Source of the DNA: Euprymna scolopes
Lineage: Eukaryota
NCBI GenBank assembly: GCA_053919585.1
Contig: CM132788.1
DNA: 64,000 nt
Direction: 5' to 3' (one strand)
Both the position numbers and the translations under genes were made by a program. The notes beneath the pieces are model-generated. The model did no database searches. It was not told the origin of the DNA and worked only from the letters and a program-made list of their open reading frames with translations. Shown here piece by piece: positions 38,931 to 52,845 of the stretch (position 1 is the first letter of the stretch; every line of letters starts with the position of its first letter).

Positions 38931-39791
38931 CAGGGTGGAATGATAAAATTGTCGCCTTAGAAAAGACAACATGATTCTATTTCCGTTTGATGAAAAACGG
39001 TTTCCTTTTTTGTTGCAGATCATCTACTAGTTGGTCAATTATGTACAAATCCCAAGAGCAATAGGAGTCTTCTGTCTGAAAGTGACAATGTTCAGTGAGC
39101 GAGATTGGAGATGTACTGCTGTAAAACTCATACTCTCTACCAATCCAAGTTATGACAACCATTGCCAGCACCTTCAAAATGCAAATCTGGACGGTTCAAC
39201 GCTTGAGGGCACAGCTCAATGTATCGAAGGACCCATGGTTTTGGTCTTTGGTGTGGTTTCATGCCACCTCATATCTTCGAAGTTGGCTTGAAAGTCAACA
39301 CCAAAGTGTACTTAGATGTGCTGAAGAGTGTGCTGATCCCCTAGTGCAATCAAGTGGCCACTGGCAGACCCTGAGTGTGGCAGCAGGACTTGGCACCAAC
39401 CCACATCCAAAGAGACCAAAGCTTGGCTTCAGAAGGAGTGCTACAACTTTGTACTCATCTCTCACTGGCTCCTCTCCCCCGCCGACCTGAACCCACGGGA
39501 CTACTTCATTTGGTCATACGTTGAGAATATCACCAATATGACCTCACACAACACCAAAGTCAGCCCGACCGCTGCCATCTTCTTAATATACGCCAAGCTC
39601 CTTGTGGAAATGGCACATTCCCAGTTCCGAACTAATATCAAGGTGGTGATTAAGGCTGAAAGCGGCTACATTGAATAGATGTCAGCTATACTACATAATC
39701 AAGTTACCGGAATTGATTTTTTCAAGAAAAGTTTTAAAATAAAGCTATAGTATCGGTTTCTTTAGGACGACAAATTTATTGTTCCACCCAG
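38931..39791 (+). mobile_element. Tc1/mariner superfamily transposon (maT/DD37D-like), internally deleted
   Basis: About 30-bp TIRs CAGGGTGGAATGATAAAATTGTCG and CGACAAATTTATTGTTCCACCCAG with TA TSDs; remnants MVLVFGVVS, WQQDLAPTH, DLNPRDYFIW, VIKAESGYIE*. Confidence 0.88.
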
Positions 39792-40542
39792 TAGATGAAT
39801 ATTCTCTCTCCTTTTTTTTAAAAATTACATTTTCACCCCAAACAAGGCACATTGCCACTTTAATGTAGAGGGCTACCATGAGGGACATAAGTTGCAGGGG
39901 TACTATGTAGGGAGTTGAGCAGCAAGATGTCTGTTCACCATACATTTGAACTTCTGCATGTCAGTACAGCTGGGGAAGCAGGAACCCAGAAGGGAATTCT
40001 AAAGTCTAGCAGTTCTGGGGAAAATGCTATTAGAGTAAAAGGCTTTCTTACAGCTAAGGATGTCTACTGTGTAGAGTGGGACTTTGCTGCTTGCCATCCA
40101 AAAAGCTTCCTGGCAAGCAAAAAAGTTTGACAAAAGTTGTCCAACAGAAAAAGAAATTAAAATATCATTTGAAATCTTGTTTAAATAAAAAACAGAAAAA
40201 ATAGAAAATGATAAAGAATATGGAAGAAAAACAAATATTAAAATATATAGGATAAAGTTAAGCAAGTCTATTTCTCAAAGCTTGTTAACAGCTTTGAATC
40301 TGACATTTCAATATTGGATTCTAACTATTCAGTTAGTTACTGCAATTATTGGTCAGTTTCTTTAAAATTGAAATTTTATTAATGCTACATCCGGTCAAAT
40401 ATTTTGTTAAGTAAGACAAACTTCTTGATATTCACTGTTAATTATCATCTTTTTATTAGATGATGAAATTTATGCTTTTGTTACAAATATGAAAGTTTTA
40501 AACAGTATCCAAAATCTGTTTGTTGCATATTTTGGATGAAGT

Positions 40543-41765
40543 ATGGAATAAAGATCCCAGAAACTAAGAGACTCAACATGGGCTCCTTCCAATCGACACA
40601 GGTCAACCGCAACACAGTTGACTTCCAACGTACGAGTCATTTGTAAACAAACATACACAACCGGAGTTGTTTATTTTATTTGTTGATTTTTAATATAAAA
40701 GGAAAAAGTTATTTAAGCAAAAGTGGAGAGAATAAATTTTTATGTTGGGTGCATTTTTTTTTGGAGGGAGGGTGTTTTTTTTAGCACAACATTTTAATAA
40801 ATGAGCACAGAGATCATGATTTTTTAAATAAGAATTTTGGATGCTCACCTTTCCTTCTAGATCTAGGCATCATATATTAAATCTTTAATTTACAAACTTT
40901 AATAAACAAATGAAACATGGCAGAGTACAGTTTACAAACTTTTTCATTTTTTTTTTTTTTTTGTAAACAAGAATAAACAAAGGAAATAAGATTTAACAAA
41001 TACATTTATTTACAAATCTTTTTATAACTTATTTTTAAAAAAATTCTATTTACTTGCCTAAAAAATATTTTCTGAATGTCTTTCATACCATAGAAATTCC
41101 TTCAAATAAGAATCTGAGAGATCTTTTACAACCAATTATTGATCTAAGCGTTTTATGACAATTCCAATAGCTCTCTGATGTCTGATTTTTGTCGCTAAAG
41201 TTTGTTTTAAAAAATATTTACATATAGACAGAAGTAATTTAAAATGTTGTATCAATTCAGAGTGCTATGTATTGTATAAATTAAATACAAATTGCATACT
41301 TGTAGAGAATGAACTCATTAAAAAAATAATTTAACAAGATAGGCTCACAATGTCTTCATTTATTTATTAATAAGTTTTGTAAAATAAAAAATAAAAATGT
41401 AGCCCACATTAAAAAATAAATTTTTAATATTTTTTCTTACATGCCTACAAGAAAAATATATTGAATAATCGTAGAAAATGAACTCATTTTAAAACAAGAA
41501 ATACTTGGTAGACACCATCTCTGCGTTCGTTTATTAAAAAATTTTGTAAAAAAAAAAAAAAAAAAAAACCCTCAAAAAACGCACTCTACATAAAAAAATA
41601 TATTCCCGACTTTTCTTTAAATCTTTATATTAAAAATCAACAAATAAAACAAACAACATAGGTTGTGTATGTTTATTTACAAATGACACACACATTGGCA
41701 GTCAAACTGTGTCGATTGGAATGTCTCGGTTGAGTCTCTCAACTTCCAGTGGTCCTCATTCCATA
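40543..41765. mobile_element. Non-autonomous DNA transposon with long (about 280-bp) imperfect TIRs
   Basis: TGGAATAAAGATCCC...GAGACTCAAC...TTCCAATCGACACAG...GTCATTTGTAAACAAACATACACAACC is mirrored at about 41515-41765; internal ~170-bp duplication at 41300-41600. Confidence 0.75.
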
Positions 41766-44700
41766 ATTCATTCTGCATTTTATTTACTAATTCGTTTTTC
41801 AGCTATTTCTTCAGCCCTTATTCTAAATTTTATTTCTGGCTCCAATTAAATTCAAACACTTATTCTAAACTAGAATGGTTAAATTTTTCATTTTATCTAT
41901 GCTACAATTGACGTGTGTTTGTGTTTTTGTTTTTTGTTTGTTTTGTGTTGTTTTTTATTTTGTTTATAAGACTTAACTTCAAAAAAATCTGTTATTGTTA
42001 GAGTTAAATAATTAAATTCAAACACTTATGTGATACTATCGTTCCCCTCCAGTGTTGGGAAGTGGGAGAGAATGAGGAAAAAAGTATGACGAAACAGGAA
42101 ATATGTTTATTGGCAAAATAATGGATGGAAAGTTGTTCACAAAGGTGTACAAAAGGAAGCTGACATGGTATGGCAATAAATGGTAACAAAAGGACTGAAT
42201 ATATATTTAGAGTTATTTTAGAGGCAGTTTTAGGTGTGGTGATGGGTTTTAATCTTCATAATTCCATTGCTTAATAGCTTGAATACCCACCCGAGGACAA
42301 ATTCATAAGACTCAAATACTCTTGGACCCTTTATTAAGTACAAGGTTGAACTACAAAATATTCCAATGTAATCAAAACAATACAGTTGTACTGAAAACTA
42401 TAAAAATAGAACTAATGGGTTTAGAAAAGTTTTAAATTTGTGGATTTATGTGAATCAATGAGATTCATTAATTAAAAGAAATAGGAGAAGGTGCGATCAA
42501 TATGCTTTGAAACAATGAGTATTGCCAAAATACTATTTACAAAAGTGACCTAATTCAATAGGTCATATTCTCTGTGCTTGAGTGACAGCCGGGAATGCCT
42601 CAGTTTAGTGTTATGAATAATGAAAGTGAAAAATGTCATTTTCAGAACTTTTGAAAAGTATTTCCCATATCTAAGCTGACAGCTGCAAGAGAAAATATTC
42701 AAACTGAATTTACAAATTGTTTTGATTAATTGAAATCATTTTTAGGTCAGATTGACTATTTAAAACAATTTTGTGCTGACAAATTAAAAAAAATCATGAT
42801 GTTTCCTGTCACACTTGATTTGAAGGTTGGAAAATTTGGCAAGAAGATTGTAATAAACTGAAACAATCAAAATTATTCAACCAACAACCAAATTGCACTT
42901 ATGATTTGAAAAGCTAAGAAATGCATCAGCCATCAACAAACAGCAAAGTATGCTATTCTGGAAATAAAACCAGACCCACATATTAGTAGATTGACTTTAG
43001 ATTTACTTTTTAAAGTGAAACAAAGGCTCTTATTGATAGATCAATCATATAAGAATAGAAAAAACTTACATGATTTATGATTGGTTAGTGAATCACAGTT
43101 TGTTGCAAGTTAAATTTTTTCAATAATGCAAAGCATACCAGGAGACAGTCAGTCAGTCCAAGAAACTAGCAGAGAGCCACAGTTAACGGTCAATTGAAAA
43201 CAGAAATAAAAAGGATAGGAATTCTTCCAAATCGACTGCCTCTAAAGGATAAAAGCACAAAGTCACTTAAGCAAGACTTAAGCAATCAATTCCTTGACTT
43301 TTCTCCTAATCAAGAGCTACAAAATGTCATTTCTAGTCATGTTACATACCTGTGTTCCAATAAATATTTGACATTGTTCATGGCAAGTTTTTATTGATTT
43401 GAGACTGCTGATTTTGACAGTTGCATCATTACACAAAAATTTGCAAATATTTTAAACACAGTGTGAACATAGACCAATTGACAAAGCAACCAGTTGGGAC
43501 TTATGTGGCTCTTGAACATAAGACCACTTAAGCCCCTATTAGGTCTTCAAATGTTCAATATTTCCTTCATTATTTAAATCCATTGAAAATAAGAAACAAA
43601 ATGTTTGCAAGAAGCCATTATTGAGAAAAAGATAATTATATAAAAACTTAAAAATAATAATTTTTGCAAAATTTCATTCCAAGATCTAATACTTAAAACT
43701 AGTTAAGAGTAATGTCTCTTATAATTGTATTGATGTATTTCGTTTTAAATTCAGATAGATGATTAAGTTATTAATTTAAAAATAAAAAAAACACACACAC
43801 ACAAAAAAAAAACACAAAATGTAAATCCGACTAAAATGTTATAGCATTAAATAATCCAAAAGGATTTAATTTGCCAGTAAATGTACAACTAACCACAAAA
43901 CTTGTACTGCAATTAAATCTTTTTGCGTCATTTAATGCCATAACACCTGTGGTAAATGATTCATTGTATACTGTAGAAATTCCACAACAGCATCTTTCAT
44001 ATGTAACATAACTGCTGGGCATGCTGTGAACGTTCAGTGTGAATGGAGATCCCGTTATATTATTGTAGCCTTTTTGTTAAAACTGTAAAAATATTTATCT
44101 AAGTAATCTGATTAATGTAGTGTCAGAATATACCTGGTTATTAAGGTTTCTCCAATATCCATATTTTCATTGTATGGATGCCCGGCACAAACAGAAACCC
44201 CACGATATCATTATACCATCTTTAGACGACAGATACTACCCTTGGATCCTACCCAAAAGACCAAGAAGGTATATTTTAGTTTCACGTACGGATCAAAAGC
44301 AACATCATTTTATTTTATTCATTTTTTCTTTTACATTGCATCTTCAGTGGCCGGGACTTCCTATTTATTAAAAAGGAGGATAGAAGGTAATAACATATTG
44401 CGAACATTAAATTAGCATATTTATATACTAATTTAATGTTTGTAGTATGTTATCACTTTCTATTTCCTTTTTAATAAATAGGATCTCCCGGTCGTAATTT
44501 ATAATCTAGAAATCATAACACACTTATATACATATATTAAAGATACTATGGTATTAATATATAACTGATTAATTGCATATAATTTGTTAATTTTACTCAT
44601 AACTAAGGGGGTCACAAGATTCATACCTTTTCCAAAGAAGCTGGGATCAATCTACCATGCTAGAATATTACTCACACCAGAGAGTATCCCTATCTTTACA

Positions 44701-45792
44701 AAGCCACAATTCGTCAACACATGGAGTATTGTTGTCACATCTGACGCTCATCTCTCCCTCATGGACAAGGTAAAAAAAGAAAGTCTCAAATCTCCACACT
44801 AACGTAATGTACTTGCAATAAGTGGTGATCACTGTGTAAAAAAAAAAAAAATCTAATAGATCCCACACTGTCGGCCAAGCTCCAAGCTCTGTCCCATCAC
44901 GACAATGTCACATCCCTGACCCTGCTTTACAAGTACTTTTTAATGGAAAGTATTCTGATAAACTCATAACGCTTGTGTCTCCTCAACATAATACTCACAA
45001 CAAGTAGCAAAATCCCATCCTTTCACTGTTGAGATTTCTAGACGGCAGAACGCTTTCTATAATAGTTTCTTCCCTAGACTCTGGAATTTTCTGTTTCCTG
45101 CTTCTCTGACTGTACTAGTCTGCATAAGTTTAAGTGTAATGTGAACAAAGATCTCATTGCTGAACTTTTCAATCCAAAGGAAGAAACTATTAGAGTAAAA
45201 AGTTTTCCGGCATCTAGGGAGTTCAACAATGAAGTGGTGGGTCTTTTGCTACTCGTCAGGTTAGTGTTGACAAAGATAGCAAAATTTACCTTAAAAATAT
45301 CAGTTCACTGAAGAAAAAAATATGCAAGCTTTTAGCTCCTGTTTATTTGGCTTCTCATGTGGGCTAAGTTAGACACAAAACCGGTTTTCAATGTGAAGAA
45401 AATGCTGTTCCCCAAAAGAGTAGCAATGAGCTAGGAGCAAAAATAAATTAGCACTCCCACAGAAATTAATGCACCTAATGCAATAACTCTTCCTTCTTCC
45501 CTTGCAAATGGTGGAAGGTAATACCTGGGAGAATCGTCCTGAGATCAAACGGATACTTTTACTGATGAACTTATCTTTATGCAAACATTTCATGAATAAA
45601 TACTATGTTACTGCATTTGTGACTAAAATTGATCATGCAATTATGAATAAAATAAACTTATTGAAAATTATTTTCTTGTTTTTTTTTTAAGAGAAAATAA
45701 TAAAATGCTTTTCAAACACCTGATGATATTCTGGGTGAGCAATCATCAGAACAACAAGTGACAACAATAACACACATAGATTGCATGGTTAG

Positions 45793-45919
45793 TGTTATAC
45801 CGGCCTTCCTTGAACAGAGGAATTTACACCAATTAACACTATAAATAGTGCTAGTAATTCCAACACAGGTGAGAGAGATGCTAGCCGAGTGCCCAGCAGA
45901 TATACACGCTTTCCTATCT
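45793..45919 (+). repeat. 5' LTR, truncated at its 3' side
   Basis: Matches 50180-50317 with small indels, then similarity stops abruptly. Confidence 0.9.
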
Positions 45920-46439
45920 TTCCTATTTTTCTTGTGAACCTCTTCCTTCACTTTCATGACCATATCTCTCCCTAGGTTCAATTTTATTTACTTATCTGTC
46001 CAACTAACTTATCACTGGCTTGGTGGCCTGGTAGTTAACAGGTGGATCCAAATGACAACATCTCCCAGACACCAAAGCAGACATTTTGAACCCAAGTCAT
46101 TGTTTCCATAAAATCTGAATTGTTCTTTCCAAACTCAACCAGAAAACGATCCTGTATTGTTTTTCTGCCAAACTCAACAATCTCATTATCATATTTATTT
46201 ATTTATTTATTTTTCCCCATTGAAATATTTTATTTCTTATGGACATTTTTGCCTCTTCTTATCGCTACATAAGTACAAAATGGAAATTAAAACCACTTAA
46301 AGAACATTATTATCTATTATCTTCTTCTTTTCTTGATAAAGTCCGAGGGACATTTTTCTTTTTTTCTTGATCAAATATTACACCCCCTCTCCTACCTTCT
46401 CTTCCTCTATTTGAAAAGCAAGACCATCTGGTATCGCCC

Positions 46440-47130
46440 GGGATCTTGCTACATCAGTACCTGGTCAAACACGAAAAAAGTAAGGTTTTTGCTAAGAAAA
46501 TTGGGAACAGCCGAGCATAACAAAGTTTGTGAATTTTATTCTAAAAAAAAAAGAAAAAAAAAAAAAAAAAAAACAGTGAGTTGAGCTTCCAAGAAACACT
46601 TAGACTACTTACAGAACTGTTTTCTGCAAAAACGTCTCTTTTCCATAGGCGATATAAATGTATGAATGTTACTAGAAGAGAGGAAGACGACTACACTACT
46701 TATGCAAGTATAGTGAACAAGCATTGCGACGATTTTAAACTGGAGGAATTATCAGCAGATAATTTTAAATGTGTAATATTTGTGCAAGGGCTGGTTTTAA
46801 ATAAAGACGCTGAAATCAGGTGTCGTGTTTTGAATAAACTCGAAAACGAACCGAACTTAAAACTACAAAACTTAGCGGAAGACTGCAAATGGTTTATTGC
46901 GTTGAAACTAGATAGTCATGACATAGAGGAAAGCGGAGTGTCGCATATTAAAAAAAGATCCATCAAAAAAAAAAAAAAAAAAAAATTTGACTTCAAAAAA
47001 TAAACAGGGAAAAGATCCACCTGGACCATGTTGGAGGTGTGGAAATAAACATTGGTACAATGAGTGTCCCTACAAATTCAAACAATGTCACAACTGCCAC
47101 CAGAAAGTGCATAAAGCATCACATTGTAGA
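46440..47130 (+). pseudogene. gag: gag remnant with two CCHC-type zinc knuckles
   Basis: ORF 46581..47003 (SLFHRRYKCMN...FVQGL...EIRCRVLNKLE), followed by CWRCGNKHWYNEC and CHNCHQKVHKASHC. Confidence 0.85.
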
Positions 47131-47159
47131 AAAAAATCTGGTAGAAGACATCCATTAAA

Positions 47160-50100
47160 CTTATGAAAATTGAACCTGAGGAACAAAATATCTGGAAATA
47201 TGTACAGGTCAAAATGTTTCAAAAGAAAGTGGGTCTGACATTTCCATTATTAATGTACACTATTATTAAATCAAATAAAACGGCGAGAAGCGTCAGTGGC
47301 AAAAAAATTACCTTCGAAGGAGAATTATTGCCGAATATTTTTTTCCAGAACAGGGACGAAAAAGGAAGAATTTTTATCATGCGAAAATCAAACAACCTCT
47401 TTGTAACTGATCTGTTCAAAAAGTTTAGACTATTGGATTTGCCTTTAAGCTCATTTTGCCAAAAGGTTGAGGATTCGAATGTGGAGGCAGAAAAACTTAA
47501 GGAGTTAAAAGAATTTCCCAGGCGGTTTGAGAAGGTGTTTCAAAAGCGGTAGCAAAATTTGACGTAAAAGTAAATGAACAGCCAGTGTTTAGAAAGAAAA
47601 GAAATGTTCCGCCGCTATAGAACAGATAGACGGCGAAGTAGAAAGACTCGAAAATATGGGTATCATCGGAAAATTTGATCGCAGTGCGTCGGCTGCACCA
47701 ACGGTTTACATCAAAAAGAAGAGTAAGGAGATTCGGGTTTGCGCCGACTTCGTGACAGGCTTAAACAGAGCATTACAAGATCACCGTTATCCTCTTCCGT
47801 GCCCTGAAGAGATATTTGCGAAACTGAGTGGAGGGAAATATTTTTCTAAAATCGACCTCAGTGACGCGTACTTACAAGTTCCAGTCGATGAGGAGTGTTC
47901 AAAGCTGCTATATATTAATAACCATAAGGGATTGTACAAGTTTAACAGACTTCCTTTTGGGGTCAAAGTCGCTCCTGCGATTTTTCAGCAAATTATCGAC
48001 ATTATGTTAAATGGGTTGGATTTCGCAGTAGGGTACCTGGACGATGTGTTAATGAAAAGCGCTAGCAAAGAACAACACAAAGCTCATGTAAACCAAGTAT
48101 TCAAAAGGATCCAGGATTATGGATTTAAAGTAAAACAGGAAAATGTACATTTTTCATGGAGAAAATAAAATACTTGGGCAAATCATCGATAAACATGGGA
48201 GAAGGCCGGATCCAGATAGATCGAGTGCAATAAAGAATATGCCTGCTCCAGAAAATATTGCGTCTTTACAAAGTTTCTTAGGTTTGGCAAATTACTACAA
48301 TGTATTCGTGCCAAATATGCATAAACTAAGGTCGCCTTTAAATGAACTGTTAAGGAAAGACCAAAAATGGGTCTGGATGCAAGAGTGCAAAGAAGCATTT
48401 CGGGAAATTAAAGAGACTAACACCTGGCTTGTTTCTGGCACATTATAATCCCAAGCGTGAAATTATAGTTTCAAGCGATGCCAGCTCCTATGGCATAAGA
48501 CCATGCATTTTACACAAAATGGATGATGGAAAAGTGAAACCCATAGCACATTCATCCTGATCACTTTTGCCAGCTAAAAAGAACTACTCACAAATTGAAA
48601 AAGAGGCGCTAAGCATTATATTTGTGGTAAAGAAATTTCATCGTTTCCTGCACGGTAGGTAATTTCTGTTATAAACAGACCACAAACCATTATTAATGAT
48701 TTTCGGATCGAAAAAGGGACTCCCACAACATATGGCGAATAAACTCCAAAGATGAGGTACCATACTTTTGAATTACAATTTTCAAATGGAGTATGTACCA
48801 TCTAAAAAATTTGGTCATGCAGACGGGTTATCGAGGTTAATACCTAAGCAGACAGAACCATTGTAGGATATGGTAATAGCAGCCATACAAATGGAAGTTG
48901 AAGTAAAAAATACGTTATGTGACACAATAAGAGAACTTCCAGTAACGCTTGAGGAGATTAAGAGTAAGGCAGAGGTGGACGAATTTATTATATGCACGAA
49001 AGAAAGGATCAACAATAACGAACTGGATGAAGTTTATTCAATTTGCGATAACATCCTGTTATATAGTGTCCTGTTATATAGGTCGTAATTCCTGCATCCT
49101 GTTATATAGGTCATAATTCCTGCGACATTACAGAAAAGAATGCTCAAGAAATTCCATGTAGGACATCCAGGTATATCAAGAATGAAAAGCCTTATGCGCT
49201 CTTTTATTTATTGGCCAAACATGGATAAGGATATAGAAGGAAAAATCAGGGAGTGTAGATGATGCGCATTAGCTATGAAAGCTCCTCCGACTCAATTTGA
49301 ATTGTGAGCAAAACCGGATCGACCTTGGTCTCGGATTCATTTAGATTTTGCAGGACTGCTATATGGGTTCTACTATCTCATTGTCGTAGACAGCCTATCT
49401 AAATGGCCGGAAGTATTAAAATGTAAGAATCCCACATCCGCGGTAATTATCAACTTCCTGTATGAACTATTTGCTAGGTTTGAAGTAGTAGACTGCATTG
49501 TTACAGACAATGGAACGCAATTTATGTCTACCGAATTTAAACATTTTTGCGAGGATCATCTAATCGAGCATCTAACCATTCCGCCATACCACCCAAGAAG
49601 TAATGGACAAGCAGAGAAATTCGTTGACACATTCAAGGGAGCTCTGAAAAAAGCTAGTGGGTCACCAATGGATAAGTCAATCCAACAGTTTTTACAAGTC
49701 TACAGAGTCACTTCGAATGCAAACATCAAAATGTCGAAGACACCTGCTGAGGTTATATTCGGACTCAAGGTTAGATCGATTTTTCACAAGTTGTTACCAA
49801 CCCAAGATAGGCCAAACCTCAAAAAACCGATAACAAAAAACGGTATAAAGTTGGCGAAAGAGTCTTCTACAAGATTCACAAAAATAATAAGACTTTCTGG
49901 GAGTCCGGCATTGTTGAGAAACAAATAGGCAACATGGTCTACATGATTAAGGGACCAAATTTCGTGCACAAACGTCACACTAACCAAATTCGGAAAAGAT
50001 ACTTGAACAGTGAGGTGACCAGATCGCCCGAGGAGGACATCATGGACACAGTGTTTGATACTTTTCAGGTCCCCATACCAGAGACAGCTCCGGAGAACAG

Positions 50101-50165
50101 AAGATCAAATAGAAAATGGAAATCAACAGAATTGATTAGAGTGAACCCAAAACAAAAACGTTATC
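47160..50165 (+). pseudogene. pol: pol remnant (protease, RT, RNase H, integrase), frameshifted
   Basis: RT motifs FSKIDLSDAY, RLPFGVKVAPAIFQ and YLDD; RNase H DASSYG and YSQIEKEAL; integrase H-GHPG, TDNGTQF and PPYHPRSNGQAE. Confidence 0.95.
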
Positions 50166-50179
50166 AAAGGGGGGGGAGG

Positions 50180-50402
50180 TGTTATACCGGCCTTCCTTGA
50201 ACAGAGAAATTTACACCGATTAGCACTATAAATAGTAATTCCGACACCGGTGAGAGAGATGCGACTGCACTTCAACTGCTAGCCGAGTGCCCAGCAGATA
50301 TACACGCTTTCCTATCTCTGTACATTATTGTTAATACACTTGTTCCTTAACCAAACCTCAACTTGATTGTTCTTACTTTCACTGTTGTTCCACGACACAA
50401 CA
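50180..50402 (+). repeat. 3' LTR (223 bp)
   Basis: TGTTATACC...ACAACA, preceded by the PPT and followed by the TSD; contains TATAAATA. Confidence 0.92.
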
Positions 50403-52845
50403 GTTAGCATTTCCACCGATTGTCTCAAATCTCTGTATCAATTGTATCAATAATAAAAATAATAACTAGAACACATGGAAATTCCATGATAGTTGAAAAT
50501 TTGAAAAACACATAGATAAAATGAATAAAACATAAAATAAAACAAATAACGAATCTAAAACGATTTTTAAGCAAATTCTTTTTTTAACTCTTTAAAGTTA
50601 AAAATATTGATTGAAAAAAAAAAAAAAAAAAAAACAATTTTCAATGAAAATCCAACACACAACACATTGTTTTGTTTTTTTGTTTTTTTTTTTCTGAATA
50701 TTTTTTAAATAAATTTTAAAGGAACAGATGTTAATTCACTTGCATAATTTTTTCATCTTAAAAAGAAACTGTGATAAAAAAAAAAATTAGTCTCCTCCTA
50801 ACATGACTTTTTTTAAATTATAAAATAAAATAACCAACTTGAAACCGTAAACAAACAGCCATGTTTGTTTGTTTGATTTTTTTTTTAATTTTGGAGAAGA
50901 AATAGTTTTAATAATTTTTAACTGATAAAGAGCGACTATAAAGGAAGGTTTCTCGTTAATTAATGTTTGCGATGATGATGGTTTTTGTAACATTGGTCGT
51001 ACCGACAAGTAAATTAATATTTAGATAATATATAATGACAAAATTCTTCTCGGGCTTCTCATATCAATGCAAATGCATAAACATTTTTTATTATTTATTA
51101 ATCCGATATTAATTTTAAAAAATAATTAAAAAACAAACTAAAATGTATCTTTTTAAAATTCTATTAAAAAAAAAAAAAAAAAGCGTAAGCATGACATTTT
51201 AAATTATTTTTCTCTCGGCCACGGGCAACGCCGAGTAAATACAGCTACGAATCAAATAGATTATACATTTTTTTACTAATGCTTTAACTTGAAAACACTT
51301 TTAAAAAAGTGTACAAATTTTGAAAAGCACAAATCGCAAGTTTAGAGTTTAGTGTTAGAATTAATTTGTCCAACGATAACGGTATATTATTCAATTCATT
51401 TACATCTATTATAACGAATTAAAAAAAAAAAACTGATTTGAAACGAACGGCTGCCAACAACAACAAACATGAGATTGCGCAAGTGCTAAATATTACCGAC
51501 TACTATGTCTCTTCCATCACTCGATAATTATAAAATAGTTCCTGTCGCTTCAACATGCCAAGAAAGAAAACGAGCCGTGAATAATAATAAAACGAACAGA
51601 ATCGGAAAATGTCAGCCACAGCAGTTGAAGACCAAAAAAGAGGAAATCGAACGGGGGAAATGAGAGCATCGTTGGTTTGATAGACATGTGGTTTTTTACG
51701 CAAACAGACGATTGATAAAAAAAAAAAATAATAATAATAAATGTAAAAAGAAAAAGGGGGAAATAAGTGTCGGTGAATGTTGAGATTTTTCTTTTCTTGT
51801 TCTTTCACGTACTGTTTTTCGGAGAAAACTGCCTTCGGGCAAAGACGACAACCTGCAAAGCATAATGGCCACCATCTTTAAAAAAAAAAAAAAAAAAAGT
51901 GAAAGTGCGCTTGTGGGTTGTTTACATATCCGGTCTAGTTTTTCAGGGCTGCGACGACCAACCCTTTCTTTCTATAAACATGCATACACGCACAGACAAT
52001 AACACAAACTAACATCGTTTCACTATTATACACACAAATAAGGAACTTCAAAATCTTCTTTAAATTCACAACGAAGCACCTGCAAAAAGCACTTGCCCAT
52101 TTTTTATTCACTCAAATGAAGAAATCATCGCTATTTTTAGTCGACGCTTTACTTATATAAAGTAATCGTGAAATCGTAAATTAAAAATACGATGAGTAAC
52201 CCTGATTTAGATTCGAGTTTTAAAATTAAAATGAATAAGGTTTACAATTCACCCCATGGTATTAAATTAACCGTCCCTCATCAAATAGATATTCACTGCT
52301 TTACATAACAAGAAAACAAATTTAAACACAGGGTTGATTTTAATGTTAAGAAAATCTAACGCTCCAAAAAAAAAATAAAATAAATAAATAATAATAAATA
52401 AATAAATAAAAATACTTTTGATTGAAAACAAAAAGTTTAACTCAATCTAGGAGGATTTCTGCTGAACAGATAACACTTTAATCACAGCAGAAAAAATAAC
52501 ATGTAAAAAACAAAACTCGATGAATATGAATCACATATCATGAAGAACTAAAAAGAAAGAAACGTTAATGTTTATAAAGTGTCTGGCTAAGTATTTAGTC
52601 TTGTGTTCACACCAAGAATATGACACGAGGTCGATTTAACGTGGAGGAATCCAATTACCCCACCCCCAAAAGGTCGGATAAAAAATTGCCATAATCGCAG
52701 TACGCAGTATAGCTTAATTCTGATCCAAGCTAGGTAAGGTAACCAATTTCCTTCGAAGAGACGAGGATTTTAACTACGCATTTTTTTCTTTTTTTTTTTT
52801 TTTATAGACCTAGTAGTAATAAGACTATAATAGCATAAAAAATGC

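Larger units (their letters stand above)
45793..50402 (+). mobile_element. Ty3/Gypsy LTR retrotransposon (Mag-like), decayed
   Basis: TSD GTTAG at 45788-45792 and 50403-50407; TGTT...AACA ends; PPT AAAGGGGGGGGAGG at 50166-50179; gag-PR-RT-RH-IN order. Confidence 0.95.

Noticed and set aside
42600-43620. Coding-looking decayed stretch, possibly a transposase
   Set aside because: Many stops and no motif I can assign.
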